Both the position numbers and the translations under genes were made by a program. A DNA stretch of 64,000 nucleotides from an uncultured cyanobacterium. GTDB taxonomy: Bacteria; Cyanobacteriota; Cyanobacteriia; PCC-6307; Cyanobiaceae. Location of the stretch: positions 21,243 to 85,242 of the forward strand of contig CAVONQ010000001.1 of NCBI GenBank assembly GCA_963697335.1, in the 5' to 3' direction. The notes below the pieces were generated by a model. The model did not search any database. It was not told the origin of the DNA and saw only the letters and a list, made by a program, of their open reading frames with translations. Shown here one piece after another: positions 1-9,362 of this stretch. How positions within the stretch are numbered: position 1 is the stretch's first letter; the number at the start of each line of letters is the position of its first letter.

Positions 1-2
1 CC

Positions 3-284
3 GGCTGGCTACCCCCTGGGGGCCCCGGCGTGCGAGTCGACAGCCACGTCTACACGGGCTACGAGATTCCCCCCTTCTACGACTCCCTGATCGGAAAATT
101 GATCGTTTGGGGTGTCGACCGCGACCACGCCCTGCGGCGCCTGCGCCGGGCTCTCTCGGAATGCGCCGTCACCGGCATCCCCACCACCATCGAATTTCAC
201 CTGCAGCTGCTGGATCGGCCCGAGTTCCAGAGCGGCGACGTGCACACTAAGTTCGTGGAGCAGGAGATGTTGCCGATGGTCTGA
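3..284 (+). CDS. accC: Acetyl-CoA carboxylase biotin carboxylase subunit, C-terminal fragment (5' end outside the window)
   Basis: ORF 30..284 stays open in frame to the window edge. The C-terminal sequence YEIPPFYDSLIGKLIVWG...GIPTTIEFH...FVEQ is typical of biotin carboxylase. Confidence 0.85.
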   Translation, partial: GWLPPGGPGVRVDSHVYTGYEIPPFYDSLIGKLIVWGVDRDHALRRLRRALSECAVTGIPTTIEFHLQLLDRPEFQSGDVHTKFVEQEMLPMV

Positions 285-291
285 GGTCCGC

Positions 292-612
292 TCAGGCCAC
301 GGCGCTGGCATGGCGCATCACCTGGGTCAGCACACCCTGCTGGCCCACCAGCAGCTCCCGCACCAGGCTGATCAGGCCCACCCACACCACCGGCGTCACA
401 TCCACCCCACCGATCGGCTGGATCAGGCGGCGGGTGGCCGCCAGCAGCGGTTCGGTTGGGGCCCCGATCAGCCGCATCACCCCCTGGCTGAGGTCCACCT
501 GCGGATACCAGGTGAGCACAATGCGGAACAGGAACAACAGCGTCCAAAGCGCCAGCGACAGGCCCAGCAGCAGGTGGGCCCAGGCCAGGGGGGAAGCGGG
601 TAAAGCCGTCAC
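292..612 (-). CDS. YggT (Ycf19-like) family membrane protein
   Basis: 106-aa ORF with a GTG start. It has two hydrophobic segments and the LFRIVLTWYPQ motif characteristic of the YggT family. Confidence 0.75.
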   Translation of the reverse strand: MTALPASPLAWAHLLLGLSLALWTLLFLFRIVLTWYPQVDLSQGVMRLIGAPTEPLLAATRRLIQPIGGVDVTPVVWVGLISLVRELLVGQQGVLTQVMRHASAVA

Positions 613-703
613 AAAGCTCTAAGCAGCAGAGGCCTGAGCGTAGGAACTTGCGGTCACTGCCTAGGATTCGACCACGACTCCAGCGCTTGCCCGGCACCGC
701 CCC

Positions 704-826
704 ATGACCCCTTCCCTCGCCAACTTCCTGAGCAGCCTCGCCTGGGGCGCAGTGATCGTGGTGGTGCCCATCTCGATCGCCCTGGTGCTGATCAGCCAGA
801 CCGACCAGGTGGATCGTCGCCTCTGA
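704..826 (+). CDS. psbX: Photosystem II protein PsbX
   Basis: 40-aa ORF that is absent from the supplied track because it falls below the length cut-off. Sequence: [40 protein letters not shown]. It has a single TM helix and the PsbX-like N-terminus MTPSL.NF. ATG at 704 and TGA at 824-826 were verified base by base. Confidence 0.8.
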   Translation: MTPSLANFLSSLAWGAVIVVVPISIALVLISQTDQVDRRL

Positions 827-914
827 GGCCCGCCCGGCCCAACAGGATGCCCCCAGGGGGGGCCTGATCCTGGCCAACTGCCTAGAGTGGCGCGCAGCAC
901 CAGGGTGAGAGTTC

Positions 915-1868
915 GTGGTCAATGCCAGCCTGAACTGGGCCAGCATCGTCGGCATCGTGCTGGCAGTGGGTGGCGCGCTGCTCTACTTCATGCGCAGCTT
1001 CAAGCCGGCCCTCGCCCGCGACTACGACGTGTTTTTCGCGGCCGTGGGACTGCTCTGCGGCGGCATCCTCTTCTTCCAGGGCTGGCGGCTGGATCCGATC
1101 CTGCAGTTCGGCCAGTTCCTGCTGGCCGGCACCACGGTGTTCTTCGCCTATGAGAGCGTGCGTCTGCGGGGCGTGACCACCGAACAGGCCCGCCGCTCCT
1201 CCTACTTCGACGAAGACGAGCCGCCGGTGCCGGCAGGCCCCTTCCGTCCCCGCATGGGAGGTCGTCCCTGGGACGACGCTGACACCGAGCGCTTCGATGA
1301 ACCGGAGCCGGTGCGCCGCCGCATTCCCAACCGGGATGCTGACGATGACTTCTACAAGATGCGCCGCTCCAGTCGGGCTGCCATCCCCGAACGGGCGGCC
1401 AGCCGCCGCGGCGACAGCCCCCGCGTTGATGGCCCCCGTTCCGACAGCCCCCGCTCAGAAGCCGCGGCCTGGGACACCTCAGAACCCGCTGGGGAGCGCA
1501 GCCGCTACAGCGCCGGCGGCGGCAGACCTGCCGCCGATTTCGGTGCGCGCCGCCGCGATCGCGACGCCATGAGTGAGCCCCGGCGCGGCTCCCGGCCCGT
1601 TCCCACCGCCGACCCATCCCTGCGCTCCAGTCGGCGGCCGGCCGGCGGCGGTGCCAGCCCCGCCGCAGCGGCCGCACCTGAGCGCCCGGGCATTCCCCAG
1701 GGCTCGCCGATCCGCTCCGCCGGCGCCCCCGCCGGGCCGGCCGCCAGCGAGATCAGCGACGCCGACTTCAGCCCGATGCGTTCGCGGCAGGCCCCGCCGG
1801 CGGGACCCAGGCCAGGTGCGCCCCAGGGCTCCAGACCGCGGGACAACGTCTCCCGGTTTGACGACTGA
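915..1868 (+). CDS. ycf66: Ycf66 family protein with a long Pro/Arg/Ser-rich C-terminal tail
   Basis: GTG start. The N-terminal ~95 aa (VNASLNWASIVGIVLAVGGALLYFMRSFKP...FFQGWRLDPILQFGQFLL) match the membrane Ycf66 N-domain. The remaining ~220 aa are low complexity. Confidence 0.75.
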   Translation: MVNASLNWASIVGIVLAVGGALLYFMRSFKPALARDYDVFFAAVGLLCGGILFFQGWRLDPILQFGQFLLAGTTVFFAYESVRLRGVTTEQARRSSYFDEDEPPVPAGPFRPRMGGRPWDDADTERFDEPEPVRRRIPNRDADDDFYKMRRSSRAAIPERAASRRGDSPRVDGPRSDSPRSEAAAWDTSEPAGERSRYSAGGGRPAADFGARRRDRDAMSEPRRGSRPVPTADPSLRSSRRPAGGGASPAAAAAPERPGIPQGSPIRSAGAPAGPAASEISDADFSPMRSRQAPPAGPRPGAPQGSRPRDNVSRFDD

Positions 1869-1907
1869 CTCCCCCCCGAAACCATCCCTGAATCCGTCCC
1901 TGAATCG

Positions 1908-2477
1908 GTGCGCCACCTCTGGGTCGGGGCCCTTGTGGTGCTGCTCAACCTTGGGCTGGGCGGCTGCAACAGCGGCTGGTTGGGCCGTCGGCCGGCCTCC
2001 CCCACTGGCTTCGGGGCGCAGGGGAACCGCCTCGATCCGACCCTCAGCGGCGATGGCCGCTACCTGGCCTCGGTGCTGGAAGACCAGGGTCGCGCCAGGG
2101 TGGTGCTCCAGGAGCAACCCGGCGGCCGAGTTGTGCCGCTGCGCCACCTGCGCGGTCGAGAGCCGCACAGCTCCCCCTCCCTGAGCTGGAACGGCCGCTA
2201 CATCGCCGCCCTGGTGCAGCAGGGGCCACGCCAGGTTCCCCTGCTCGAAGACCGCCTCACGGGCCGCCTGGTGCGGCTGCCGCTGCCGGGCAACGCCCCG
2301 CCAGTGCGACTCAGCCTGGCCCCCGATGCCAGCCGCCTGGCCCTGCAGCTGGTGCGGCAGGGCCGCATGCAGGTGGAAGTGCTGGAGCTGGGCGGTCTGG
2401 TTGAGCCCGACCTCCCCGGCGGCAGCCAGGCCATTGGCGGTGAGGCAGGTTCAGGACATCGCGGCGGGGGCGGCTGA
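1908..2477 (+). CDS. PD40/TolB-like beta-propeller repeat lipoprotein (about 3 blades)
   Basis: GTG start and a lipobox LGLGGC. It has three repeats of the PD40 type (PTLSGDGRYLASV, PSLSWNGRYIAALV, LSLAPDASRLALQLV). Confidence 0.6.
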   Translation: MRHLWVGALVVLLNLGLGGCNSGWLGRRPASPTGFGAQGNRLDPTLSGDGRYLASVLEDQGRARVVLQEQPGGRVVPLRHLRGREPHSSPSLSWNGRYIAALVQQGPRQVPLLEDRLTGRLVRLPLPGNAPPVRLSLAPDASRLALQLVRQGRMQVEVLELGGLVEPDLPGGSQAIGGEAGSGHRGGGG

Positions 2478-2481
2478 GCCC

Positions 2482-2958
2482 ATGCCACGCCGGTTGCTGC
2501 TGACACTCCTGGCGGTGCTGCTGGCGGGTTGTTGGGGCCCCCAGCCCCGGCCAGACAGCGCGCTGAATCGCCAACTCGAGCAACTGGGCAACAGCCGCGA
2601 TCCCTCCCTGAGCGGCACCTGGCTGGCCCTGATCAACGGCGATGGGGGCAGGGAACGGGTCCGCCTGATTGACCTGCGCAACCGGCGCCCGGTGCCCCTG
2701 CCAGGGCTGAACCGGCCTGACACCCAGCCGATCAGCGTGTCGGTGGATGCCAGAGGCGAACAGCTGGCCCTGGTGCGCCAGCTGGAGGGCCGCACCGAGC
2801 TGGTGCTCTACCGCCGCTCCAGCCAGAGCCTGCGGCCGATCGCCATGGCCCCCGCCGGGGTGCCTCGCCAGGTGCAGATCCGGGCCGATGGCCGTGAACT
2901 GGCCGTGCAGGTGAGCCGCAGCGGGCTCTGGCAGGTGGACCTGATCCAGTTGCCCTGA
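2482..2958 (+). CDS. PD40/TolB-like beta-propeller repeat lipoprotein, tandem paralog (about 3 blades)
   Basis: Internal ATG at 2482, 4 nt after the upstream stop. Signal and lipobox: MPRRLLLTLLAVLLAGC. It has three PD40-like repeats (PSLSGTWLALI, VSVDARGEQLALV, QIRADGRELAVQV). Confidence 0.6.
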   Translation: MPRRLLLTLLAVLLAGCWGPQPRPDSALNRQLEQLGNSRDPSLSGTWLALINGDGGRERVRLIDLRNRRPVPLPGLNRPDTQPISVSVDARGEQLALVRQLEGRTELVLYRRSSQSLRPIAMAPAGVPRQVQIRADGRELAVQVSRSGLWQVDLIQLP

Positions 2959-2987
2959 AGCCGCCCGTTACCCCAGCGGCTGGGCCG

Positions 2988-3182
2988 TCAGGGCACCAGG
3001 CCGGCCCAGTGCAGGAAGGTGTCGTGGCTGATGGCCTCGATCACCAGCACCGCCAGGAAACCCAGCATGGCGAAACGGCCGTTGACCCGCTCGGCGTAGG
3101 CACTCCAGCCGAAGGCGGGAACATCGGCAGTGGTGGCACTGGTGGCCGGGCTGGCGCTGGAACTGTCTTCTGAGGTGCTCAT
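2988..3182 (-). CDS. hli: High-light-inducible protein (HLIP, CAB/ELIP/HLIP family)
   Basis: Chlorophyll-binding motif AERVNGRFAMLGFLAVLVIE within a single TM helix. I prefer the start at ATG 3182 because the longer 3230 start would overlap the upstream ABC gene. Confidence 0.8.
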   Translation of the reverse strand: MSTSEDSSSASPATSATTADVPAFGWSAYAERVNGRFAMLGFLAVLVIEAISHDTFLHWAGLVP

Positions 3183-3198
3183 CGACTTGGGCCCGGCA

Positions 3199-5199
3199 TC
3201 AGGCTCCGCTCGCAGGTTGGCCCACGTCATAGCCGGCCGCCGGCAACAGCCGCCAGTGGCCCTTGCCGTCGAGCTCCAGCACGGTGTCGTGGAAGGCCGT
3301 GAGGGTGGGGCGGTGGCCGACGCTCACGAAGGCCATCTCCCGTTCCAGCAGCAGATCGTAGAGATGGCGCTCGGTGGCCACATCCAGGGCGCTGGTGGCC
3401 TCATCCAGCACCACGAAACGCGGGCTATTCAGCAGCAGCCGGGCGAAACCAAGCCGTTGCTGCTCACCGAGGGACAGCAGCCGCGGCCAGTCCTGCTTGA
3501 TGTCGAGATCGGGGTAGCGGTGCACCAGCTCCGGCAGCCGCACCTCATCGAGCACATGCCGCAGCTGCTCGTCGCTGAAGCGATTCGGCGGCAAGGGGTA
3601 GCAGAGCTGCTCCCGCAGGCTGCCCAGCAGCATGTAGGGCTTCTGGGGGATGAACAGGAGCTCGCCTTCCTTGGGGCGCTGCACCGTGCCGGCCCCGGGT
3701 GGCCACAGCCCACTGACCAGACGCAGGAACGAGGTCTTGCCGCAACCCGAAGGACCCACCACCAGCAGACGCTGGTGGCGGTCCACTTCCAGGCTCAGGT
3801 CGTGGATCAGGGTGCGGCCTGAGCCGGGGGGCACCAAGTCGACATGGCTCACCAGGATGGAATCTCCGGGGGCGGCCTGGTCCGTCAGGAACTCCCCGGA
3901 GAACGTGTTCGCCATGGCGCCGCCGATCTCCTCCACCTTGCCCTGGAAGCCCTCGAGGCGGCTAATCGAAGCGGAGAAGGAAGCCAGTCTGTCGATGTTG
4001 TTGACGATGTAGCTCACCGAGAACAGCACCTGGGAAAAGGCGATGCTGGCCTGACCAAAGACACCGAAATCGACCTCCCGAGCAAAGTAGATCGGAGCGA
4101 TCACGAGCCAGGGGAGGAAGCGGGAGAAATAATCGTAGGAGCGCTGGATCACACTGATCAGCGCCTCCCATATGATCAGGCGATTGTAATTACGAATAGC
4201 TCCACCCAGCCGCCGCTCCGCCTCCTTCGACTCCTGCTGCTCGCCGCGATAAAAGGCAATCGATTCGGCATTGTCGCGGATGTGAACGAGACCGTAACGG
4301 AAGTCGGCCTCCAGCTTCAGCTGCTGAAAGTTCAACGCCACCAGCTTGCGACTGGCAAACACGATCAGCACCGTGCCGCCTACCGAATAGATCAGCAGCC
4401 ACAGGGCCAGCTGGGAACTGATGCTCCACAGCACCACGATGAAACTGAAGAAGGTGAGCAAGGCGGACATCACCTCGACCGTCACACTCAAGCTGGTGGT
4501 GGTGAAACTGGCAGTGTCCTGGGAAATCCGCTGGTCAGGGTTGTCGATATCCTCGACAGACTCATCATTCGGATTCAGCAGGTAGTAGGCCCGGTTGGTG
4601 AGATAGCGATTCAACAATCTGCCACTCAGCCATTCACGCCACAACAGGCCCAGCCTGGGAATGAGATAGCTCTGCATCGCCCTGATCGGCAAGGCCAGCA
4701 CCAGGCAGAAGGCGTAAATACCAACAATTTTCCAGAAGTTGTCCTGGTCATAGCCCACCAGGGCATTATCCACATTACGGGCAATGAAGCTGATGCCAAC
4801 GTTGATGCCATTGATCACAAGGATCAACAGAATGATGATTCCAAGCAGCAACCAGGGCAGCCAGCGCCCCTGGCGCAGCTTGCTGCGGAAGGCACCGAAA
4901 CAGCCCAGGCCGCCGGCCATGGCCACCATCACGGCCGGGCCCAAGGGGCTGCGCCACAGGTTGGCGACCTGGTCGGGCACGCCGGGGAGGAAGCGGCTGC
5001 GCAGCTCGGGAATCAGGGCGCCCGTGAGGGCCACGGTGGCCGTCAGCAGCAGCAGGGTAAGGCCGACGACCACGGCCACCAGGGCAACCACCAGCAGCAG
5101 GAACTGCCAGCTGCGCGTTTCCTCCACCGGCAGGAAATAGGGCTGGGCCAGCCGCTGCAGCCGGCCCATCTGGCGGCGAAAAGCCTGGAAGGGAGTCAT
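3199..5199 (-). CDS. ABC transporter, fused permease/ATPase of the ABCD (SbmA/BacA-like membrane domain) type
   Basis: N-terminal TM domain with the ESIAFYRGE motif. Walker A is GPSGCGKTS, the ABC signature is LSLGEQQRL and Walker B is FVVLDEATSALD. Confidence 0.85.
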   Translation of the reverse strand: MTPFQAFRRQMGRLQRLAQPYFLPVEETRSWQFLLLVVALVAVVVGLTLLLLTATVALTGALIPELRSRFLPGVPDQVANLWRSPLGPAVMVAMAGGLGCFGAFRSKLRQGRWLPWLLLGIIILLILVINGINVGISFIARNVDNALVGYDQDNFWKIVGIYAFCLVLALPIRAMQSYLIPRLGLLWREWLSGRLLNRYLTNRAYYLLNPNDESVEDIDNPDQRISQDTASFTTTSLSVTVEVMSALLTFFSFIVVLWSISSQLALWLLIYSVGGTVLIVFASRKLVALNFQQLKLEADFRYGLVHIRDNAESIAFYRGEQQESKEAERRLGGAIRNYNRLIIWEALISVIQRSYDYFSRFLPWLVIAPIYFAREVDFGVFGQASIAFSQVLFSVSYIVNNIDRLASFSASISRLEGFQGKVEEIGGAMANTFSGEFLTDQAAPGDSILVSHVDLVPPGSGRTLIHDLSLEVDRHQRLLVVGPSGCGKTSFLRLVSGLWPPGAGTVQRPKEGELLFIPQKPYMLLGSLREQLCYPLPPNRFSDEQLRHVLDEVRLPELVHRYPDLDIKQDWPRLLSLGEQQRLGFARLLLNSPRFVVLDEATSALDVATERHLYDLLLEREMAFVSVGHRPTLTAFHDTVLELDGKGHWRLLPAAGYDVGQPASGA

Positions 5200-5239
5200 G
5201 GAGGTGCACAGATCCCCGAATTGTGCCTGGTGCCCGGGC

Positions 5240-5635
<396 letters not shown>

Positions 5636-5652
5636 TCAGACGATCCAGGGCG

Positions 5653-7224
5653 ATGTTGGCACGCTGCAGCAGCGCGGCCCTGCGGGGCCTGGAAGCCCGG
5701 CAGGTGACCGTGGAGGTGGACATCGGGCCCGGCCTGCCCGCGCTCCAGATGGTGGGCCTGGCCGACGCCGCCGTGCAGGAATCCCGGGAACGGGTGCGCT
5801 CAGCCCTGCGTCACAGCGGCTTTCGCGTGCCCCTGAGCCGGGTGGTGGTGAATCTGGCGCCGGCGGATCTGCCGAAGCAGGGGCCGGGTCTCGACCTGCC
5901 CATCGCCCTAGGCCTGCTGCTGGCCAGCGGCCAACTGGAGGCCCGGCTGCTCGAGGGCCTGTGGAGCGTGGGTGAACTGGGCCTCGATGGAGGCCTGCGG
6001 CCGGTGCGGGGGCTGCTCTGCGTAGCCCTGGAGGCCCGGCGGGCAGGAGCCCGGGGGCTGCTGGTGCCAGCGGCCAACGCGGGCGAGGCCGCCCTGGTGA
6101 GTGGGCTGCCGGTGTGGGGAGTCGCCGACCTGCGCAGCGCCGTGGCCCTGGTGCAGGGGGGCAAGCCCCCCCCGGCCCTGGCACCCCGTGCCGGCCCGGC
6201 CCCTCGCCTCGGCGGCGGCACCGACCTGGCGCAGGTGCGGGGCCAGCCCCATGGTCGCCGAGCCCTGGAAATTGCCGCCGCCGGCGGACACCACCTGTTG
6301 CTGGTGGGCCCGCCAGGCAGTGGCAAAACCATGCTGGCCCGCTGTCTGCCGGGGTTGCTGCCGCCGCTGCATCGCTCGGAAGCCCTGGAGCTCACCCGCA
6401 TCCACTCGGTGGCGGGGCTGCTGGGGGAAGGGGAAGGGCTGGTGCGGCAGCGCCCGTTTCGCAGCCCGCACCACAGCTGTTCAGGCGCGGCCCTGGTGGG
6501 CGGCGGCAGCGTGCCCCGCCCCGGCGAGCTGGCCCTGGCCCACCACGGGGTGCTGTTTCTCGATGAGCTCGCCGAGTTCAGGCGCTCGGTGCTGGACCTG
6601 CTGCGCCAGCCCCTGGAGGAGGGCGAGATCTGGATCCACCGGCTGCGCCAGCGCACCCGCTTCCCCTGTGCCATCAGCCTGGTGGCAGCCACCAATCCCT
6701 GCTGCTGCGGCTGGTTCGGCGACCCCGACCGGGAGTGCAGCTGCGGTGAAGCGGCCCGGCTGCGCTACTGGCAGCGCCTGTCAGGTCCGCTGCTGGATCG
6801 CATCGACCTCCAGGTGGTGATGCGCCGCCCGGAGGCCACCAGCCTGGGGGTGCCTTACCGCACGCCAGCCCTGGCGCAGCAAGCGCAAGGGGTTGGGTGC
6901 ATCGGCCGGGGGGATGAGTCCAGTGGCCAGGTGGCCGCACGGGTGGAGGCGGCCAGGCAACGCATGGCCCGGCGCAACCCGGGGCGCCTGAGCAACGGAC
7001 GACTCCCCGCCCACCGGCTGCCTCAGGTGCTCCAGCTGGAGGACTCCGCCCTCGACCTCTGGGAAGGAGCCCTGGCGCACAGGAGGCTGACCGCCCGGGG
7101 CGGCGAGCGCGTCCTGCGGGTGGCTCAGACCATCTGCGATCTGGAGGCACGCCAGCGCATTTCAGCTGCAGCCGTGGCGGAGGCCCTCACCTTCCGCAGC
7201 TTTGAGGGGCTGGGGGAGCCCTGA
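5653..7224 (+). CDS. YifB/ComM family Mg-chelatase-like AAA+ ATPase
   Basis: Lon-protease-like N-domain (GLPALQMVGLADAAVQESRERV), Walker A GPPGSGKTMLA and the C-terminal ChlI-like domain. I chose the internal ATG at 5653 to avoid overlap with the divergent HIT gene. Confidence 0.85.
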   Translation: MLARCSSAALRGLEARQVTVEVDIGPGLPALQMVGLADAAVQESRERVRSALRHSGFRVPLSRVVVNLAPADLPKQGPGLDLPIALGLLLASGQLEARLLEGLWSVGELGLDGGLRPVRGLLCVALEARRAGARGLLVPAANAGEAALVSGLPVWGVADLRSAVALVQGGKPPPALAPRAGPAPRLGGGTDLAQVRGQPHGRRALEIAAAGGHHLLLVGPPGSGKTMLARCLPGLLPPLHRSEALELTRIHSVAGLLGEGEGLVRQRPFRSPHHSCSGAALVGGGSVPRPGELALAHHGVLFLDELAEFRRSVLDLLRQPLEEGEIWIHRLRQRTRFPCAISLVAATNPCCCGWFGDPDRECSCGEAARLRYWQRLSGPLLDRIDLQVVMRRPEATSLGVPYRTPALAQQAQGVGCIGRGDESSGQVAARVEAARQRMARRNPGRLSNGRLPAHRLPQVLQLEDSALDLWEGALAHRRLTARGGERVLRVAQTICDLEARQRISAAAVAEALTFRSFEGLGEP

Positions 7225-7251
7225 GACCACTGTCAGGGCTTGGTCAAGGGC

Positions 7252-7410
7252 TCAGCGAACGGCGCGGTAGGGGCCATCGCCATAGGGCTGAACGCCCACC
7301 AGCGGGGGCTGGAGGCGGCGCTCCTCCTCAGGGTTGCCCAGGGCATGGCCCAGGCCGTCCCCGAACCAGAGAACAAAGGCACGCATCCGAACCAGGAATG
7401 AAGCAGCCAT
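7252..7410 (-). CDS. Small hypothetical protein (52 aa)
   Basis: ATG at 7410 is preceded by GAGG about 9 nt upstream. It lies downstream of rpsU on the same strand. I recognise no family. Confidence 0.3.
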   Translation of the reverse strand: MAASFLVRMRAFVLWFGDGLGHALGNPEEERRLQPPLVGVQPYGDGPYRAVR

Positions 7411-7498
7411 GGCCGACACCTCAGGAGTGATGGGCCCAGCCTGATTGATCCGCAGCGTTGGCGAAACCAGTGTTTGTACCCGTTCTGTAGAAGCCCGA

Positions 7499-7669
7499 TC
7501 AGCGGCGACGGCGACGCTGCTGGGCCTTGCGCTTGTACTTCTCGGTGGGGGTCTCGTGGTGGCGGAGCCGCTTGAGGTCGGCAAAGATGCCCGCCTTGGA
7601 CACCTGGCGCTTGAACCGGCGCAGCGCCGATTCGATTCCTTCGTTTTCGCCGACGGTGACCTGGGTCAT
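7499..7669 (-). CDS. rpsU: 30S ribosomal protein S21
   Basis: [56 protein letters not shown] is a canonical S21. The start is the internal ATG at 7669. Confidence 0.9.
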   Translation of the reverse strand: MTQVTVGENEGIESALRRFKRQVSKAGIFADLKRLRHHETPTEKYKRKAQQRRRRR

Positions 7670-7722
7670 GAAGCGAGAGTGCTGGCACAGAGCAAGTGAG
7701 CCTAGCAACCGCCCCCCAACCT

Positions 7723-8397
7723 TCACCCCTCGGCAGGAGGCAGCTCCTCAACAGGAGCCGCTGGAGGGGCGCTGAGCTGGTCAGCCACCTCGCCGGGCCA
7801 ACTGTCGCGGTAGACGTAGAGATGGCCGAGCCGGCGACCCTGGAAAGCGCGGCGCTTCAGCCCCCAGCCTGGCTCGAACACCAGTTGCAGATAGCCGCTG
7901 CCCGGGCCCTGGGTGCGGGCCACCACCATTTCGGGTCCCACCCCCGCCTTGGTCGGCACGGCGAGGAGCAGGTTGTCGCCATTGCTGCGAATCACGCTCA
8001 GGCGGTAGCCGGAGCCCAGATCGGAGCCACCCACCCGCAGGGAATAGCCATTGGCGTCGAGGAAGCGGCCGCAGATGCCGGTGAAGTCGAAGGTGGACAG
8101 CAGAGGTTCCACCAAAGCCGGCTGGGAGCCGTTCACGGCGAAGCAGGGACGGGTGTCGCGGATCTGCTCGTAGATGTTGAGCTGGGCCCGCTCCCCATTG
8201 CCGATCGGCGCGGCCACCAGCACGAAACTCTGGGGGTTCACCTCAGTGGCCTCGAACAGGGCCGCCGCGGCTGCCGGCAAGGCACCTGGGCCAAGGGCCG
8301 CGGCGCCGACCAGGGCCAGGGCGGTGCTCGCCAGACGAGCCTGGAAAGGGGGCAGTGCGGACAACTCCATCACAGCTCGGGCCGGAACGATGGTCAT
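7723..8397 (-). CDS. DUF3747-like secreted protein (cyanobacterial)
   Basis: N-terminal signal-like segment. The conserved-looking core ([11 protein letters not shown]...LNIYEQI...RPCF...FDFTGICGR) is assigned to DUF3747 from memory. The start is uncertain and could be M10. Confidence 0.55.
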   Translation of the reverse strand: MTIVPARAVMELSALPPFQARLASTALALVGAAALGPGALPAAAAALFEATEVNPQSFVLVAAPIGNGERAQLNIYEQIRDTRPCFAVNGSQPALVEPLLSTFDFTGICGRFLDANGYSLRVGGSDLGSGYRLSVIRSNGDNLLLAVPTKAGVGPEMVVARTQGPGSGYLQLVFEPGWGLKRRAFQGRRLGHLYVYRDSWPGEVADQLSAPPAAPVEELPPAEG

Positions 8398-8485
8398 GGT
8401 ATGCAGCCAGGCCCCAGCCCACCAGGGGCGGGGGGCCAGAGCGAAGGCTGTTCGCCCCTGCCCAGGCTGGGCGGCCAGACCCGAC

Positions 8486-8686
8486 TCAGGGCAGCGGGCG
8501 GTTGATGCGGATCGCCACCAGCAGGGAGGCCAGGGTGCCAGGAGCGCTCAACCCGAGAATCCAGCGGGTGGGCGTGATGCCAAGGTCTGGGTCTCCGTAG
8601 GCCAGTTCGAACACTGAGCCAGTGGCGGCGATACCCAGCAGGCAGGCCAGGGCCAGAAAGATCCCGGCCAGGGGCTTCATCGGCAT
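8486..8686 (-). CDS. Small two-TM membrane protein, hypothetical
   Basis: 66-aa ORF starting 6 nt after the def stop on the same strand. It has two hydrophobic helices. Confidence 0.4.
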   Translation of the reverse strand: MPMKPLAGIFLALACLLGIAATGSVFELAYGDPDLGITPTRWILGLSAPGTLASLLVAIRINRPLP

Positions 8687-8692
8687 GGGCGG

Positions 8693-9298
8693 TCAGCGGA
8701 TCGGGTGAACGGCTTGGCGGTCGAAGCCCTTCTGCTGGAGCTCCTCGGTGAGGCTGATCTCGTCGGTGACGCGATCCACAAACAGCACCCCATTGAGGTG
8801 GTCCATCTCGTGCTGGATGCAGCGCGCCAGCAGCCCATCGGTGCTGAGCTTCTGGGGACGACCCATCTCATCGCGGAAGCTCACTTCCGCCGTGGCCGGG
8901 CGCACCACATTGAGATACACCCCGGGAATGCTCAGGCAGCCCTCTTCGTAGGTGTCGATGGCGCCGCCGAAGGAGCGGATCTCGGGGTTGATCAACACCA
9001 GCGGAGGCGTGGCCGGGTTCTCGGGATCGAGATCGATCACCAGCAGCTGCTTGTGAACCCCCACCTGGGGGGCCGCCAGGCCGATGCCCTTGGCGCTGTA
9101 CATGCTGCGCAGCATGTTGCGGGCCAGCTCTCGCACGGACTCATCCACCTTGCTGATCCGCTTGGCCGGAGTGCGCAGCACGGCATCGCCCAGGGTGTGA
9201 ATCTGCAGCGGAGGCTCATCCAGGGCCTCTTTGGGCACCTGTACCGTGCGGCCTTTGAGTTCCGCCGAGCGCGCCATCTGGGCGAAGCTGCGAGCCAA
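8693..9298 (-). CDS. def: Peptide deformylase
   Basis: All three deformylase motifs are present: GIGLAAPQVG, EGCLSIPG and QHEMDHLNG. Confidence 0.9.
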   Translation of the reverse strand: MARSFAQMARSAELKGRTVQVPKEALDEPPLQIHTLGDAVLRTPAKRISKVDESVRELARNMLRSMYSAKGIGLAAPQVGVHKQLLVIDLDPENPATPPLVLINPEIRSFGGAIDTYEEGCLSIPGVYLNVVRPATAEVSFRDEMGRPQKLSTDGLLARCIQHEMDHLNGVLFVDRVTDEISLTEELQQKGFDRQAVHPIR

Positions 9299-9362
9299 GG
9301 ACCCTTCCTATGGAGTTGATGTCAGTTTAGGGCGACAGGCCCTGCGTTCTGGAGCGAGCCCC

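Noticed and set aside
1000-2184. Multiple overlapping ORFs in several frames over the ycf66 3' half.
   Set aside because: This region encodes the Pro/Arg/Ser-rich Ycf66 tail. Repetitive GC-rich sequence keeps all frames open, and only the frame contiguous with the Ycf66 N-domain is supported.
7411-7498. Possible Yfr1-like sRNA because of the sequence CACTCCTGAGGTGT on the minus strand.
   Set aside because: It does not match the Yfr1 core as I remember it (ACUCCUCACAC). The stretch is better explained as the ribosome-binding region of the 52-aa ORF.
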